DNA from: Planctomycetia bacterium
GTDB taxonomy: Bacteria > Planctomycetota > Planctomycetia > Pirellulales > PALSA-1355
Reading direction: 5' to 3'
NCBI GenBank assembly: GCA_031400775.1
Contig: JANNQN010000293.1
Span: 1-54,788 of the forward strand
DNA: 54,788 bases
In this document: one piece after another, positions 27,436-37,659 of the stretch
How positions within the stretch are numbered: position 1 is the first letter of the stretch
Layout: the number at the start of each line of letters is the position of its first letter
Program-made: the position numbers and the translations under genes
The notes under the pieces: model-generated
Seen by the model: only the letters and a program-made list of their open reading frames with translations
Database searches by the model: none
Told to the model about the DNA's origin: nothing

Positions 27436-29232
27436 CTACTTTTCCCCAGTCTTTACTTCGTCCTTTAGGGCGTGGCCGGTCTTGGGGTCGATCTTCAGGT
27501 TCATTTGATCTTCATCGTGCACGAAGAAGATGAAGCCGTTGAACATCTCGTCGAACGACTGGTCGCCGTAGGGAACTTTGTACTTGGGGTCAGGGTTGTA
27601 CGGATTGAACTTTGAGTTGTCGTAGTGCGCGATTGCCGACAGCTCGGTGCCCGCTGGCAGTTTCACGTCATGGGGCGCCTCGGGGCAGACGTAGCCGATC
27701 TGCCATTCAAAATTATAGTTCGGCACCTGCAACAGGATCTCCTGCTTGCTGCCCGGCCGTTGGGCAAGAAAGGTCATGTCGCGGCCGCGCAGGTGCATGT
27801 GCGTGAATAGGCCCAGTAGCGTCGCGTCCTTGTTGAGTTTTCGGGAAGCCTTCATTTCGTAAAAGGCGTCGCCCGGCGGAATGGCGATGCCGTGCGGGTC
27901 TAACAGGATGAAATGCGTGGTCTTCTGCACCGTCCCTTTAGCATAGCGGAAGCCGATCGAGATCGTGCTCTCCTCCTCCTTGCCAGTGGTGACGTGGTGG
28001 ACCTGCAAGCCGATCATCGCGTTGGCGGGAATCCGCTGGGCGATGCCGGGCTGCATCGTGAATGGGACACCACCAGGCACGTAGCCCGTAATAAAATTGT
28101 TGGAACCGGACTTTTTGGTGACCGTGTCCACGTAGAATGCGTTGCAATGGTGTACCGCCGCGCGGTTGTGCGGCCGAATCTCGATTGCCTCAACGTAGGT
28201 GTCCTCGGTAAAGACCGGCTGCAAAAACACGTACTGGTAAGGAATGAAACCCGTGGCCGGGATTTTGCTGGGCTTGCTCATGGTTAGCACCAGGTCGGGC
28301 TCGCCGATCCGCCACTCGGTCTTGGCGAATTCGAGCGGCTTGGGCGCCTTGGCTGGATCGCCCTGGGGCATGCCTTCGCGCACCCAGGCCTCGACCAGGT
28401 TGCGCTCTTTTTGCGAGAGCGTGGGATCGTTGGTGAAACGACCAAACTCGGAGTGCGCATACCAGGGAGGCATGCGACCGTCACGCACTACTTCGGCCAG
28501 CGCCTCGCCCTGGGCCTTGGTCTCGTCGTAGCTGACCAGGGCGAACGGCGCAGCGGTGCCTTCGTGATGGCAGTTCTGGCAGCGCTTTTGCAGGACCATC
28601 TCAACGTGCTCGTGGAACGTGACCGTGTGGTCGAATTTTGGCGCTTGCCAGGCGGTAACCTTGCAACCATCAATCGTCGTTTCCGCGACAGAGATCGGCT
28701 TGCCGGCCAACAGCTCGTCGAGCGCCATGGCCAGGTCGTGTCGACCGACCTGCGGCTGCACGCCGCCGGTGCGATATTGATCGTCGATGCGGCCGTTGTA
28801 GACCACGTGCTTGCCGGCATCCAGAAGTACGACCTGCGGTACCCGCTCGACTCCCAGCGCGGATGTGCATTTCTGACCTTCATCCCAGACCAACGGGAAA
28901 CTAAGACCCGCGGTCAGACCGTGCGCGGCGACGTCCTTGGGTGTCTCGTCTTGCGAGTTGTAAACGGCGACGAACTGGATGCCCTCCGCGGCGTACTTCT
29001 CGTTCAGTTCCTTCAAGCGCGGCAGGTAACGCTGAGCGATCGGGCAGGAGGTGTTCATGAACACCAGCGCGTAGCCCTTGGCCTCGCCCAGGTCGCTCAG
29101 GCTGCGGGTCACGCAACGGATGTCTTTGAACGTGAGCTGTGGGGCCTCGCTGCCGATCTTGGCGGCCTGGGCCCGCAGCGACAGCAAGCAACAAAAACCA
29201 AGGGCCACGACGAACAGATTTCGCTTGATCAT
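27436..29232 (-). CDS. Secreted redoxin plus cytochrome c (CxxCH) plus copper type II monooxygenase-like protein
   Basis: ATG at 29232 with signal peptide; SCP, YNGRIDDQY, CQNCHH, MPPW, VHHC, HMHLRG, YNFEWQ, DEM. Confidence 0.88.
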   Translation of the reverse strand: MIKRNLFVVALGFCCLLSLRAQAAKIGSEAPQLTFKDIRCVTRSLSDLGEAKGYALVFMNTSCPIAQRYLPRLKELNEKYAAEGIQFVAVYNSQDETPKDVAAHGLTAGLSFPLVWDEGQKCTSALGVERVPQVVLLDAGKHVVYNGRIDDQYRTGGVQPQVGRHDLAMALDELLAGKPISVAETTIDGCKVTAWQAPKFDHTVTFHEHVEMVLQKRCQNCHHEGTAAPFALVSYDETKAQGEALAEVVRDGRMPPWYAHSEFGRFTNDPTLSQKERNLVEAWVREGMPQGDPAKAPKPLEFAKTEWRIGEPDLVLTMSKPSKIPATGFIPYQYVFLQPVFTEDTYVEAIEIRPHNRAAVHHCNAFYVDTVTKKSGSNNFITGYVPGGVPFTMQPGIAQRIPANAMIGLQVHHVTTGKEEESTISIGFRYAKGTVQKTTHFILLDPHGIAIPPGDAFYEMKASRKLNKDATLLGLFTHMHLRGRDMTFLAQRPGSKQEILLQVPNYNFEWQIGYVCPEAPHDVKLPAGTELSAIAHYDNSKFNPYNPDPKYKVPYGDQSFDEMFNGFIFFVHDEDQMNLKIDPKTGHALKDEVKTGEK

Positions 29233-29390
29233 AATTGGTCCCACCAGAAGGCCTGCCTGGACAAGCTGAGCGCGAGAAGGATCGGACGCCGACCGAGCGG
29301 CCCACGTCCATAATGATCCTATTTGAACCAGCCGCCCCCCGTTTGGCAAGCGAAATTATCGCGGAAAAGGCCACGATGGAAACCGAGCCC

Positions 29391-29780
29391 TTAGCAGCGG
29401 GTGCCCGCCACGATCGCCAGCGCTTCTTCGAAGTGAGCCTGCAAGAGCAGGAAGCGCCGCTCGTCGCCGCCGTGGTCGGGATGCAACCGCTGCACTTGCT
29501 TGCGATAGGCGTGCTTCAGGTCTTCTTCGCTACACGGCAGGCGAAGTCCCAAGGCTGCGATCGGCCGCGGTGTGTCGTGCCGGGCCCAGTCCGGAATTCC
29601 CGAAAACGTTCGCCCAACCACCGCCAGGCTGCGGCGTAGGGATCGCCAATAGGTGCGCAAATCGAGCGCCATGAACACGAATCCCAAAGCCGGCAGCAAG
29701 AAAAAAATCGCCAAGAAACCGGCGGTGACCGCCAGGTCGAGCGAGTTGGGCCACGAATTGGCCGAAGCGACTTGCACCAT
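29391..29780 (-). CDS. Membrane-anchored J-domain (DnaJ) protein
   Basis: TM helix followed by LK.AYR....LHPDHGGD...F..LQ..FE.AL. Confidence 0.82.
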   Translation of the reverse strand: MVQVASANSWPNSLDLAVTAGFLAIFFLLPALGFVFMALDLRTYWRSLRRSLAVVGRTFSGIPDWARHDTPRPIAALGLRLPCSEEDLKHAYRKQVQRLHPDHGGDERRFLLLQAHFEEALAIVAGTRC

Positions 29781-29900
29781 GCCTGGAATCTCCCTCAGGC
29801 CCGCCAAGCCCCCGATTGAACCTTGGTAATCAAGGTTACAAATGCCGTTCCAATCTTAAAAGACCCGGCGGCTGGTTACAAGACGAAGATTCGCGGCCGG

Positions 29901-30623
29901 CTACAGCTTCATGTCGTCGCCGAAGTAGTACTTGCGGGCTTCGGCGTTGCCCAGCACCTCGTCGGGGCTGCCGTGGCAGAGCACGCTTCCGGAGCGAATC
30001 ACGTAGCTCCGATCCGTAATTTGCAGCGTTTCGCGGACCTGGTGATCGGTAATCAAGATTGAAATGCCGCGTTCGCGCAGGTCGCGGATGACCTTTTGGA
30101 TGCTGTTGATCGTGACCGGGTCGATGCCGGTGAAGGGCTCATCCAGCAGGATGATCTTGGGATTCGAGACCAGCGAACGGGCGATCTCGAGCCGCCGCCG
30201 CTCGCCGCCGGAGAGCGAATCGGCGCGGGCTTTGCGCAAGCGGGTGATATCGAACTGCTCGAGCAACTCGTCGCAGCGGTCGCGGCGCTGCTTGCGATCC
30301 ATGCCCAGCATCTCCATCACGCCCAACAGATTGTTCTCCACCGACAGCTTGCGAAACACGCTTGACTCTTGCGCCAGGTAGCCCATGCCTTGCTGGGCTC
30401 GCTGATACATGGGCAGACTCGTAACGTCGAGCTCGTTGAGCAGCACGCGTCCGGAGTCGGGCTCGACCAGGCCGCAGGTCATGCGAAAGCTGGTGGTCTT
30501 GCCGGCGCCGTTGGGCCCTAATAGCCCCACGATCTCTCCTTCCTCGACGGAGAAATCGACCCCGTCGACGACGCGCCGCCGCCCATACGTCTTGACCAGT
30601 CCCAGCGCTTCCAGCACGATCAT
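29901..30623 (-). CDS. lptB: LPS export ABC transporter ATP-binding protein
   Basis: GPNGAGKTT, GYLAQE.SVFRKL.V, LSGGERRRLEIAR, LLDEPF.G.DP, ITDH.VRETL. Confidence 0.95.
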   Translation of the reverse strand: MIVLEALGLVKTYGRRRVVDGVDFSVEEGEIVGLLGPNGAGKTTSFRMTCGLVEPDSGRVLLNELDVTSLPMYQRAQQGMGYLAQESSVFRKLSVENNLLGVMEMLGMDRKQRRDRCDELLEQFDITRLRKARADSLSGGERRRLEIARSLVSNPKIILLDEPFTGIDPVTINSIQKVIRDLRERGISILITDHQVRETLQITDRSYVIRSGSVLCHGSPDEVLGNAEARKYYFGDDMKL

Positions 30624-30712
30624 TCGCCGCGTCCTCCCTGCCTCGTTCGCGCCGCCGTGGGCGCGATTACCGTTGGGCGCTCCGGCACCCCTCGAGCGAA
30701 TTTGGCGCTCTG

Positions 30713-32455
30713 CTAGCGAATCAACCCCATGTCAGGAATGTTCGGCAGCACGCCGATCGACTTGTTGGTAAAAGGAATCGGCAAGTCGAGCGGGTGGGGC
30801 CAATAAACGAGCAAGGCCTTGCCGACCAGCAGATTGCGCTCGACGAAATGCTGTGTACTCCACAGCCTCGCGTCGGAGCTTGCCGGACTGTTGTCGCCGA
30901 GCACGAAAAACTGATCCGCGCCTAGCTCAAACGTCACGGCCTGCCGCCGGTCGAAGACATTGCCGTCGCGCGGGTTTTCCCACTCCGATGGCGTGGCCAG
31001 AAATTCTGCGAAGCGAGCCGGGTTTTCCCAAGGGATCATTTGGTTCGAGTGGTGATAGTCGCTGATCTGGTTCCCGTAGGGCGTCGTTTTGGCGATGTAA
31101 TAAATGTCTCGCAGTACCCGCAAGTGCCGCACGGTCAACGCCGCTCCGCGCGAGCCGATTCCCAAAGGCGCGAGGTCCTCATTGGCCGCCGGCCGGTCGT
31201 TTTTCAGGTGGGGATACGTCGTGGGAATGTCGAACGCAACCACTTTGTCGTCGACCCACACGAGCAGTTGCTCATCGACGTTGGCGAACATCAGCCGGTA
31301 CTTGCCCGGACCGTGCACCGAGGTCTCGGCCGTGGGATGCCAGTCGCTCAAGCCGTCGATCGAGAGTTGGGCTTTACCAGTGGCCACGTCGATCGAGCAG
31401 CCAAAGTGTCGCCCGCCTTTGACCAGGTCCAACAGCACCGCGCCGCTCGTGCCTTGCACGTCCAATTCGCAGTCCACGACCAGATCGCCCACCCAGTGCA
31501 GCCCCAGCATGTTCGCCTCCGGATAGGGGCGGTCGCGGGTCAGACGCGTGTTGAAGGCGTAGAAGTCGGTGATCAACTCGGCGGCGGGCTGCCGCGCGGG
31601 CGTCCAGGCCGCGTCCCGCCAGTTGGCCAGCGGAGGCACAATATGCTGATAGCGCAACCAGCTATCGCCCGCCGCGCTGCCATCGGTGTGGTACGAGCGC
31701 GTGTCTTCCGAGGGCTCCCAATCGCCGGGCGAATCCTGCTTGGACCAGGTTTGCCAGCGCAGCGGCCAGTTGTACTTCAACAGCTCCTCACTAACGTAGT
31801 CATTGTCGTGCACGATCTGCGCCATCGCACGGATCTTGTCCGCCGGCTTGTGCTGAATCACGAAGTCCTTGTCGCCGGAACCCTTGGTATAGATGTCGCC
31901 GTGCAAAATCTTCACCGTTTCGCCGGGCAATCCCACCAGACGTTTGATGTAGTACGTCTCGGCCTCCTCGGGATACCGAAACACGATCACGTCCCACCGC
32001 CTGGGTTCCATGAAGTGGTATGGCACCTTGCTGACCCAGATGCGGTCGCCGCTGTAGCTCGGGTTGGCCCTGCCCTCCGGCTCGATCGGATCGACGTTCA
32101 TCGGAAAGCGGCAGATCGGGCACATGCACGAAATGACCTGCGAGCCAATGTCGGCCTTGACCGCGCCGTTGCGGTCGGCCTCCTCGCTGGCACTGGCCGA
32201 GTAGCGATAGCCGCACTTGGTGCAGACGACATCCTTGTGCCGGCCCATCAGTGTTGGCGCCATCGACCCCGTCGGGATGACAAAGGCCTCGGCCTCGAAC
32301 GTCTTGAATAGAAACGCCAGCGCAAAGGCGATCGCGATGGCTTCGATCGTCTCGCGAACTCCACGCGACAAGTGGGAGGGATCGCTCCCGGTATTGGGGC
32401 GCGAAGCGGGTGCCGGCGAGCCGGACGATGACGGTGTTGATGCGGATTGAATCAT
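30713..32455 (-). CDS. lepB: Signal peptidase I (large planctomycete type)
   Basis: IPTGSMAPTL (catalytic Ser), YIKRLVGLPGE (Lys), LGDNSP.S.DAR; CxxC...CxxC insert. Confidence 0.93.
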   Translation of the reverse strand: MIQSASTPSSSGSPAPASRPNTGSDPSHLSRGVRETIEAIAIAFALAFLFKTFEAEAFVIPTGSMAPTLMGRHKDVVCTKCGYRYSASASEEADRNGAVKADIGSQVISCMCPICRFPMNVDPIEPEGRANPSYSGDRIWVSKVPYHFMEPRRWDVIVFRYPEEAETYYIKRLVGLPGETVKILHGDIYTKGSGDKDFVIQHKPADKIRAMAQIVHDNDYVSEELLKYNWPLRWQTWSKQDSPGDWEPSEDTRSYHTDGSAAGDSWLRYQHIVPPLANWRDAAWTPARQPAAELITDFYAFNTRLTRDRPYPEANMLGLHWVGDLVVDCELDVQGTSGAVLLDLVKGGRHFGCSIDVATGKAQLSIDGLSDWHPTAETSVHGPGKYRLMFANVDEQLLVWVDDKVVAFDIPTTYPHLKNDRPAANEDLAPLGIGSRGAALTVRHLRVLRDIYYIAKTTPYGNQISDYHHSNQMIPWENPARFAEFLATPSEWENPRDGNVFDRRQAVTFELGADQFFVLGDNSPASSDARLWSTQHFVERNLLVGKALLVYWPHPLDLPIPFTNKSIGVLPNIPDMGLIR

Positions 32456-32464
32456 GCTTCGATT

Positions 32465-34258
32465 TTACCTGATAAAACCCATGCGAGCGAAGTTGGGAAA
32501 GAATGGAAAGGGAATATTCGTGCCGGGCAGCTTGTTGAACGAGTGCGGCCAGAAAATCAACAATGCCTTGCCGATCAGCAGGTCGCGGCTGACATATTTC
32601 TCGTCCGTCCAGAGCCGCGCGTCCAGGCTGGCCGGGCTGTTGTCGCCCAGCATGAAAAACTGGTCGGCCTCCAGCCGGAAAGTCGCCTCGCGGCGCTCGT
32701 CGAAAGGACTCTTGCCGGCGGCCGGCTCCCACTCGGCCGGCGTCGACCAGAATTTGAGCAGTTGTCGATAGCTCATGCGATGAAGCAAGCTATGCTGCGG
32801 ATAGTCGGTCACCGGGCCGGTCTTGGCGGCGATGTAATACAGATCGCGCCATAGCCGCAGATGATTGACCCGCAGGCCGCACGACTGCGAACCGATGCCA
32901 GCCGGCGCCAAGTCCAGCGGATCGTCGGCGGCCGAACGCGGTCGATCGTTGTCGAGCGGCCCGTAATCCGTGGGGCCGTCGAACGTCACCGGCGATCCGT
33001 CGATCCACAGCACGAGCTGCCCGTCGATGTTGGCAAAGGCAACCTGGTGCGTGCCGCCCGGGCGCACGGAAGTCTCGGCGGCCGGTTTGAAGTCGGGCAA
33101 GCCGTCGATTTCTAATTGTGCCCGGCCAGTCTTGCAATCCAAACGGCAGCGAAAATGCACGCCCCCCTTGACCAGGTCGAAAATTGCCGCGCCTTCGGCG
33201 CCAGTCACTTGAAGCTCGCACTCAACGAGCAAGTCGCCGACCCAGTGCATGCCCAGGAAGTGCGGCTGATCCTCGGGCTGGCCGCGCGACACGCTGGTGT
33301 CGTAGGCATAAAAATCGGTGACCAGGCTGGGCACGGGACGGCGATCGTTCGGCAGCGAGGCCGAGCGCATCAGGGCCCAGTCTTCGAGTGACGGAACGAA
33401 GTGTTGATAGCGAATCCACTGGGTGTCGGCACTCGAGCCGTCGACCTGAAACGATCGTCCGCCGTCGGTGCTGGTCCACCCGCCGCTGGTGCTCGATTGC
33501 TGGGCCGGCCAGGATTGCCAGCGCAGCGGCCAGCCTTTCTGAGTCAGCTCCTCCAACACGTAGTCGTTGTCGTACACGATCTGCGCCATGGCCCGCAGCT
33601 TGGCCGGCGAGCGGCGCTCGATCTGAAAGTCGTCGGCCTGATCTTGCCGGGTGTGCAGATCGCCGTGCCGGATGCGCAGCGTTTCGTTGGGCAGACCGAC
33701 CAGTCGCTTGATGTAATTGGTTTGCGCGCCGCCGGGAAACTTGAACACGGCCACGTCCCAGCGCTCGGGCTGGGCGAATTCATAGGCGAACTTACTGACC
33801 AGAATTCGATCGCCGCCATACGACGGATGTTCGCGGCCCTCGGCCGTGCGCGGATCGACGTTGGCCGTGTAACGGCACAATGGGCAGGTGACCGCCACCA
33901 CGTTCTGGCTGCCCCCGGCCACGCCGCGCTGTTCGGCGAGTTGCTCGTCCTCGCTGCTAGCGCCGGCCTGATAATGGTAGCCGCACTTGGGACAGAGCAA
34001 GTCCTTGTTCTGGCCCAGCAGCGTGGGGGCCATCGAGCCGGTGGGGATGACGAAGGCCTCGGCCTGGAAGGTGCGAAACAGAAAGGCCAGGATGAACGCC
34101 ACGGCGAGCGATTCGATCGTCTCGCGAATCGAACGCGCGGAAAACATCGAGCCCCGTTCGCTCGTCTTGGCGGCTGGCGCCGCGTCACTCGGCGCATAAG
34201 AGGGCGTCGGCGGTTGTCGCTCGGGCAACTTCCTGTCAGGCATTTTCTTTTTCGACAT
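32465..34258 (-). CDS. lepB: Signal peptidase I (large planctomycete type)
   Basis: IPTGSMAPTL, YIKRLVGLP, LGDNSPASLDAR; CPKC...CPLC insert. Confidence 0.93.
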   Translation of the reverse strand: MSKKKMPDRKLPERQPPTPSYAPSDAAPAAKTSERGSMFSARSIRETIESLAVAFILAFLFRTFQAEAFVIPTGSMAPTLLGQNKDLLCPKCGYHYQAGASSEDEQLAEQRGVAGGSQNVVAVTCPLCRYTANVDPRTAEGREHPSYGGDRILVSKFAYEFAQPERWDVAVFKFPGGAQTNYIKRLVGLPNETLRIRHGDLHTRQDQADDFQIERRSPAKLRAMAQIVYDNDYVLEELTQKGWPLRWQSWPAQQSSTSGGWTSTDGGRSFQVDGSSADTQWIRYQHFVPSLEDWALMRSASLPNDRRPVPSLVTDFYAYDTSVSRGQPEDQPHFLGMHWVGDLLVECELQVTGAEGAAIFDLVKGGVHFRCRLDCKTGRAQLEIDGLPDFKPAAETSVRPGGTHQVAFANIDGQLVLWIDGSPVTFDGPTDYGPLDNDRPRSAADDPLDLAPAGIGSQSCGLRVNHLRLWRDLYYIAAKTGPVTDYPQHSLLHRMSYRQLLKFWSTPAEWEPAAGKSPFDERREATFRLEADQFFMLGDNSPASLDARLWTDEKYVSRDLLIGKALLIFWPHSFNKLPGTNIPFPFFPNFARMGFIR

Positions 34259-34332
34259 GTTCCTTCAACCGTAATTTGCCTCGCTGCCAATTCGAGTTGA
34301 ACTCGCAACTCGAAACGAAGGATAACTCACAA

Positions 34333-35730
34333 CTAATCGCCGCCGCTCCCCTGCCGGGTCGATGCCTTGCGATGCGTCCGCCAGCGAATCGCTCGACCGA
34401 CGATCGCATCGCTAGAAATCCCTCGGCCGAACGACTCCGCCCGGCTGTCGAGCGCATGGGGGCTGTTGTCGCCCAATACATAGTATTCGTTGGGCCCGAG
34501 TCGATGCTTGGACCCACCCTCGGGGGGGCCGGTTGTGTAATGCACATCACGCAAAATTTGCAACCGCCGGACTTCGACGGCCGCGCCTCGCGCTCCGATC
34601 GCCACGACGTGCATTCCGGGGCCTGCGGATGGCTCGTAATGCTGCTGGGCGACCATTCGCCCGTCGAGAAACAAGCTGGCGCGATGATCGGCGAGAATGA
34701 ATTCTACTCGTGTCGCCGCTTGCAATGGGTTTTGTCCGGCGGTGAACGTAGTCAGAGTGCGGCCGTTGTGCGTGAGTTGGCCCTGGCCCGAGGTGACGTC
34801 CAGGCTGGCCGTGAATTCGTCGGCCGTCGAGCCCGCGCGCAGCATTAGTTTGCCTTCGCCCGCGGCTTGCAGTTGGCAATCCAGCAGCAGATCGGCTACC
34901 GGCTCCAGCGCTCGCGACTCGGCCTGGTCGACGGGGCTTTCGTCGAGGATCGCGGTTTCGGCTGCCGGTGCACCCGGATTGAAGCCATGCTCGTGGCGAT
35001 ACGCGAGCCAATCGATTTCGGCATCATCCGTCGCCGGGTGACGATAGAGCGCGCCCCCCTCGCCCTTTTGCCAGGTTCCGCCCGCTGTGGCCTGCCAGCG
35101 GCGATCGGCTTTGGACGCGTCGTACACATTGACAGCCATCGTGCGAAGTTCGGCCAGGCTCTTTGCCGCCACGCGACCGTCGATGACCACGTCGCCGCCG
35201 TGAATTTCCACGACCTCGCCGGGCAATCCGACGACGCGCTTCACGCACCAGGAGGTCGCCTGGCGGGGATCGCGAAACACGACGGTCTCCCAGCGGCGGG
35301 GCGCCCGCAAGAGCAGCGTCGCCCGGTCGACCAGCATGCGATCCCCCTCATAGTCCATACCCTGCTCGGCGACTTGCCGAGCGCCGCAGTTGGAACACGC
35401 TGCCGTCGAACCCGGCGCGGGCAACGATTCGGCCGAGCAGCAGAACTCGTGACCGCAGGCCGAGCATTGCCACACGCGGTGCGGACCTAGTAGAGCAGGC
35501 GCCATCGAACCACTGGCCACCACGGCAGGCGCTGTAAGTCCTTGAAGCAACCAGGCGTTCGAGATCACGGCGAGCAACGCGCAACCAACGGTTGCATGGA
35601 TCACACGGCGCACGGCGTTGCGTTGCACAAGCGCGCGGCGAGCAGCGCCAAAGCGCGCCGGCGCGATTTGCTGCGCGATTCGTTCAGCAGTGCGATGGGC
35701 CGGCGTGGCGGTGACGAGTGCGGGAATCAA
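34333..35730 (-). CDS. lepB: Signal peptidase I, divergent third paralog (start uncertain)
   Basis: SGSMAPAL, CVKRVVGLPGE, LGDNSPHALDSR; CSAC...CSNC insert. Start placed at the TTG at 35730, after the lepA stop. Confidence 0.85.
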   Translation of the reverse strand: MIPALVTATPAHRTAERIAQQIAPARFGAARRALVQRNAVRRVIHATVGCALLAVISNAWLLQGLTAPAVVASGSMAPALLGPHRVWQCSACGHEFCCSAESLPAPGSTAACSNCGARQVAEQGMDYEGDRMLVDRATLLLRAPRRWETVVFRDPRQATSWCVKRVVGLPGEVVEIHGGDVVIDGRVAAKSLAELRTMAVNVYDASKADRRWQATAGGTWQKGEGGALYRHPATDDAEIDWLAYRHEHGFNPGAPAAETAILDESPVDQAESRALEPVADLLLDCQLQAAGEGKLMLRAGSTADEFTASLDVTSGQGQLTHNGRTLTTFTAGQNPLQAATRVEFILADHRASLFLDGRMVAQQHYEPSAGPGMHVVAIGARGAAVEVRRLQILRDVHYTTGPPEGGSKHRLGPNEYYVLGDNSPHALDSRAESFGRGISSDAIVGRAIRWRTHRKASTRQGSGGD

Positions 35731-35755
35731 TCGAGTCGCCCCAGGGAGTCGACGG

Positions 35756-37567
35756 TTATTTTTCCGAACCGGTGTCGAGAACCGCCAGGAAGGCCTTTTG
35801 CGGAATGTCGACACTGCCGATCGACTTCATCCGCTTCTTGCCTTCCTTCTGCTTGGCCCACAGCTTTCGCTTGCGGGTGATGTCGCCGCCGTAGCATTTG
35901 GCGGTCACATTCTTGCGCATCGCCGAGATGGTTTCCCGCGCGATGATCCGCGTGCCGATGGCGGCCTGCAGCGCGATCTCGAACATGTGTCGGTCGATTT
36001 CGGTGCGCAGCTTCTTGACGATGGCCCGGCCGCGGCGGTCGGCATCGCGGCGATCGCAGATGATCGACAGCGCGTCGACCCGCTTGGCGCCCACCAGGAT
36101 ATCCATTTTCACCAGATCGGCGGGGAAATAGCCGATCAACTCGTAATCCATCGTGCCGTATCCACGCGTCACGCTCTTGAGCTTGTCGTGCATGTCGTAT
36201 ATCACGTCGGCCAGCGGCAGGTTGAACGTCAACATGGCCCGCGTCGGCGAGAGATATTCGGTCCGCACGTACACGCCGCGGCGGTCGGTACACAACTGCA
36301 TCACCGGGCCGATCGATTCGACCGGCAGCACGAAGTTGACTTTGACGACGGGCTGGCGAAATTCCTCGATCTGACCCGAGTCGGGGACCTTCTGCGGGTT
36401 GTGGATGTAGAGCGTCTCGCCGCTGGTGGTGAGAATCTCGTAGGTCACGTTGGGCGCGGTCTGCACCAGGTCGAGATTGGATTCGCCCTCCAGCCGCTGC
36501 TGAATGATCTCCATGTGCAACAGCCCGAGGAAGCCGCAGCGGAAGCCGAAGCCCAGCGCGTCGCTGGTTTCGGGCTCGAACTCGAAGCTGGGATCGTTGA
36601 TGCTGAGCTTCGTCAGCGCGTCGCGCAGTTCTTCGAAATCCTGTCCGTCAGAAGGATACAGCCCGCAGTAAACCATGCGCTGCGGCGCGCGATAGCCCTC
36701 GAGCGCTTTGGCGCCGCCATCGCCGCCCACGGTGACGGTATCGCCGACGTGAACCTGGCCCAGCGACTTGATGTTGCAGATCAGATAGCCCACCTGGCCG
36801 GCTTGCAACTGCGCGCAGGCCCGGCGAGCGGGCACGAACTGGCCCAACTCCAGCACGTCGTGGGTCGTGCCGGCGCGGATGAAACGAATCTTCTGGCCTT
36901 TTTTGACCGTACCGTTCATGACCCGCACATACGTGATAGCGCCGCGGAACTCGTCGTAGTGGCTGTCGAACACCATCGCTTGCAGCGGAGCGGTCGGATC
37001 GCCCGTCGGCGGCGGAATGCGGGCCACGATGGCTTCCAGCAGGGCCTCGGCCCCCTGCCCCGTCTTGCCGCTGGTATAGAGAACTTCCTCCGGATCGATC
37101 GCCAGCACCGATTCGATCTCGGCAATCACTTCGTCGGGCCGGGCATGCTTCAGGTCGACTTTGTTGAGCACCGGCACGATCGTCAGACTGTGCTCCATCG
37201 CCGCATAGGCGTTGGCCACGGTCTGGGCTTCCACGCCCTGGAAGGCATCGACCAAGAGCACGGCCCCTTCGCAACAGGCGAGGCTGCGCGAAACCTCGTA
37301 TTGGAAATCCACGTGACCCGGCGTGTCGATCAGGTTCAATTCGTAGACTTCGCCGGCCAGCTCATAGCGCATCGCCACGGCGCGGGCCTTGATCGTGATG
37401 CCCCGCTGCCGCTCCAAGTCCATATCGTCGAGCGTCTGTTCGCGAATGTCGCGCTTGTCCACCGTGCCCGTCTTTTCCAGCAGACGATCGGCCAGCGTGC
37501 TCTTGCCATGGTCGATGTGGGCAATGATGGAGAAATTGCGAATGTGTTTGCAGTCGATCTTGGCCAT
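35756..37567 (-). CDS. lepA: Translation elongation factor 4 (LepA)
   Basis: IRNFSIIAHIDHGKSTLADR, DTPGHVDF, GFRCGFLGLLH, KCYGGDITRK.KL. Confidence 0.98.
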   Translation of the reverse strand: MAKIDCKHIRNFSIIAHIDHGKSTLADRLLEKTGTVDKRDIREQTLDDMDLERQRGITIKARAVAMRYELAGEVYELNLIDTPGHVDFQYEVSRSLACCEGAVLLVDAFQGVEAQTVANAYAAMEHSLTIVPVLNKVDLKHARPDEVIAEIESVLAIDPEEVLYTSGKTGQGAEALLEAIVARIPPPTGDPTAPLQAMVFDSHYDEFRGAITYVRVMNGTVKKGQKIRFIRAGTTHDVLELGQFVPARRACAQLQAGQVGYLICNIKSLGQVHVGDTVTVGGDGGAKALEGYRAPQRMVYCGLYPSDGQDFEELRDALTKLSINDPSFEFEPETSDALGFGFRCGFLGLLHMEIIQQRLEGESNLDLVQTAPNVTYEILTTSGETLYIHNPQKVPDSGQIEEFRQPVVKVNFVLPVESIGPVMQLCTDRRGVYVRTEYLSPTRAMLTFNLPLADVIYDMHDKLKSVTRGYGTMDYELIGYFPADLVKMDILVGAKRVDALSIICDRRDADRRGRAIVKKLRTEIDRHMFEIALQAAIGTRIIARETISAMRKNVTAKCYGGDITRKRKLWAKQKEGKKRMKSIGSVDIPQKAFLAVLDTGSEK

Positions 37568-37659
37568 GAATGAAGGTTTCGATTGGTTGCGTGCTTCGGT
37601 GCGTCGTTCGGCGGGACAAGAACGACAATAAATGGCAAACGCCGGGTGCGGTTATTTCG

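Noticed and set aside
35618-37573. 651-aa plus-strand ORF
   Set aside because: Antisense shadow of lepA.
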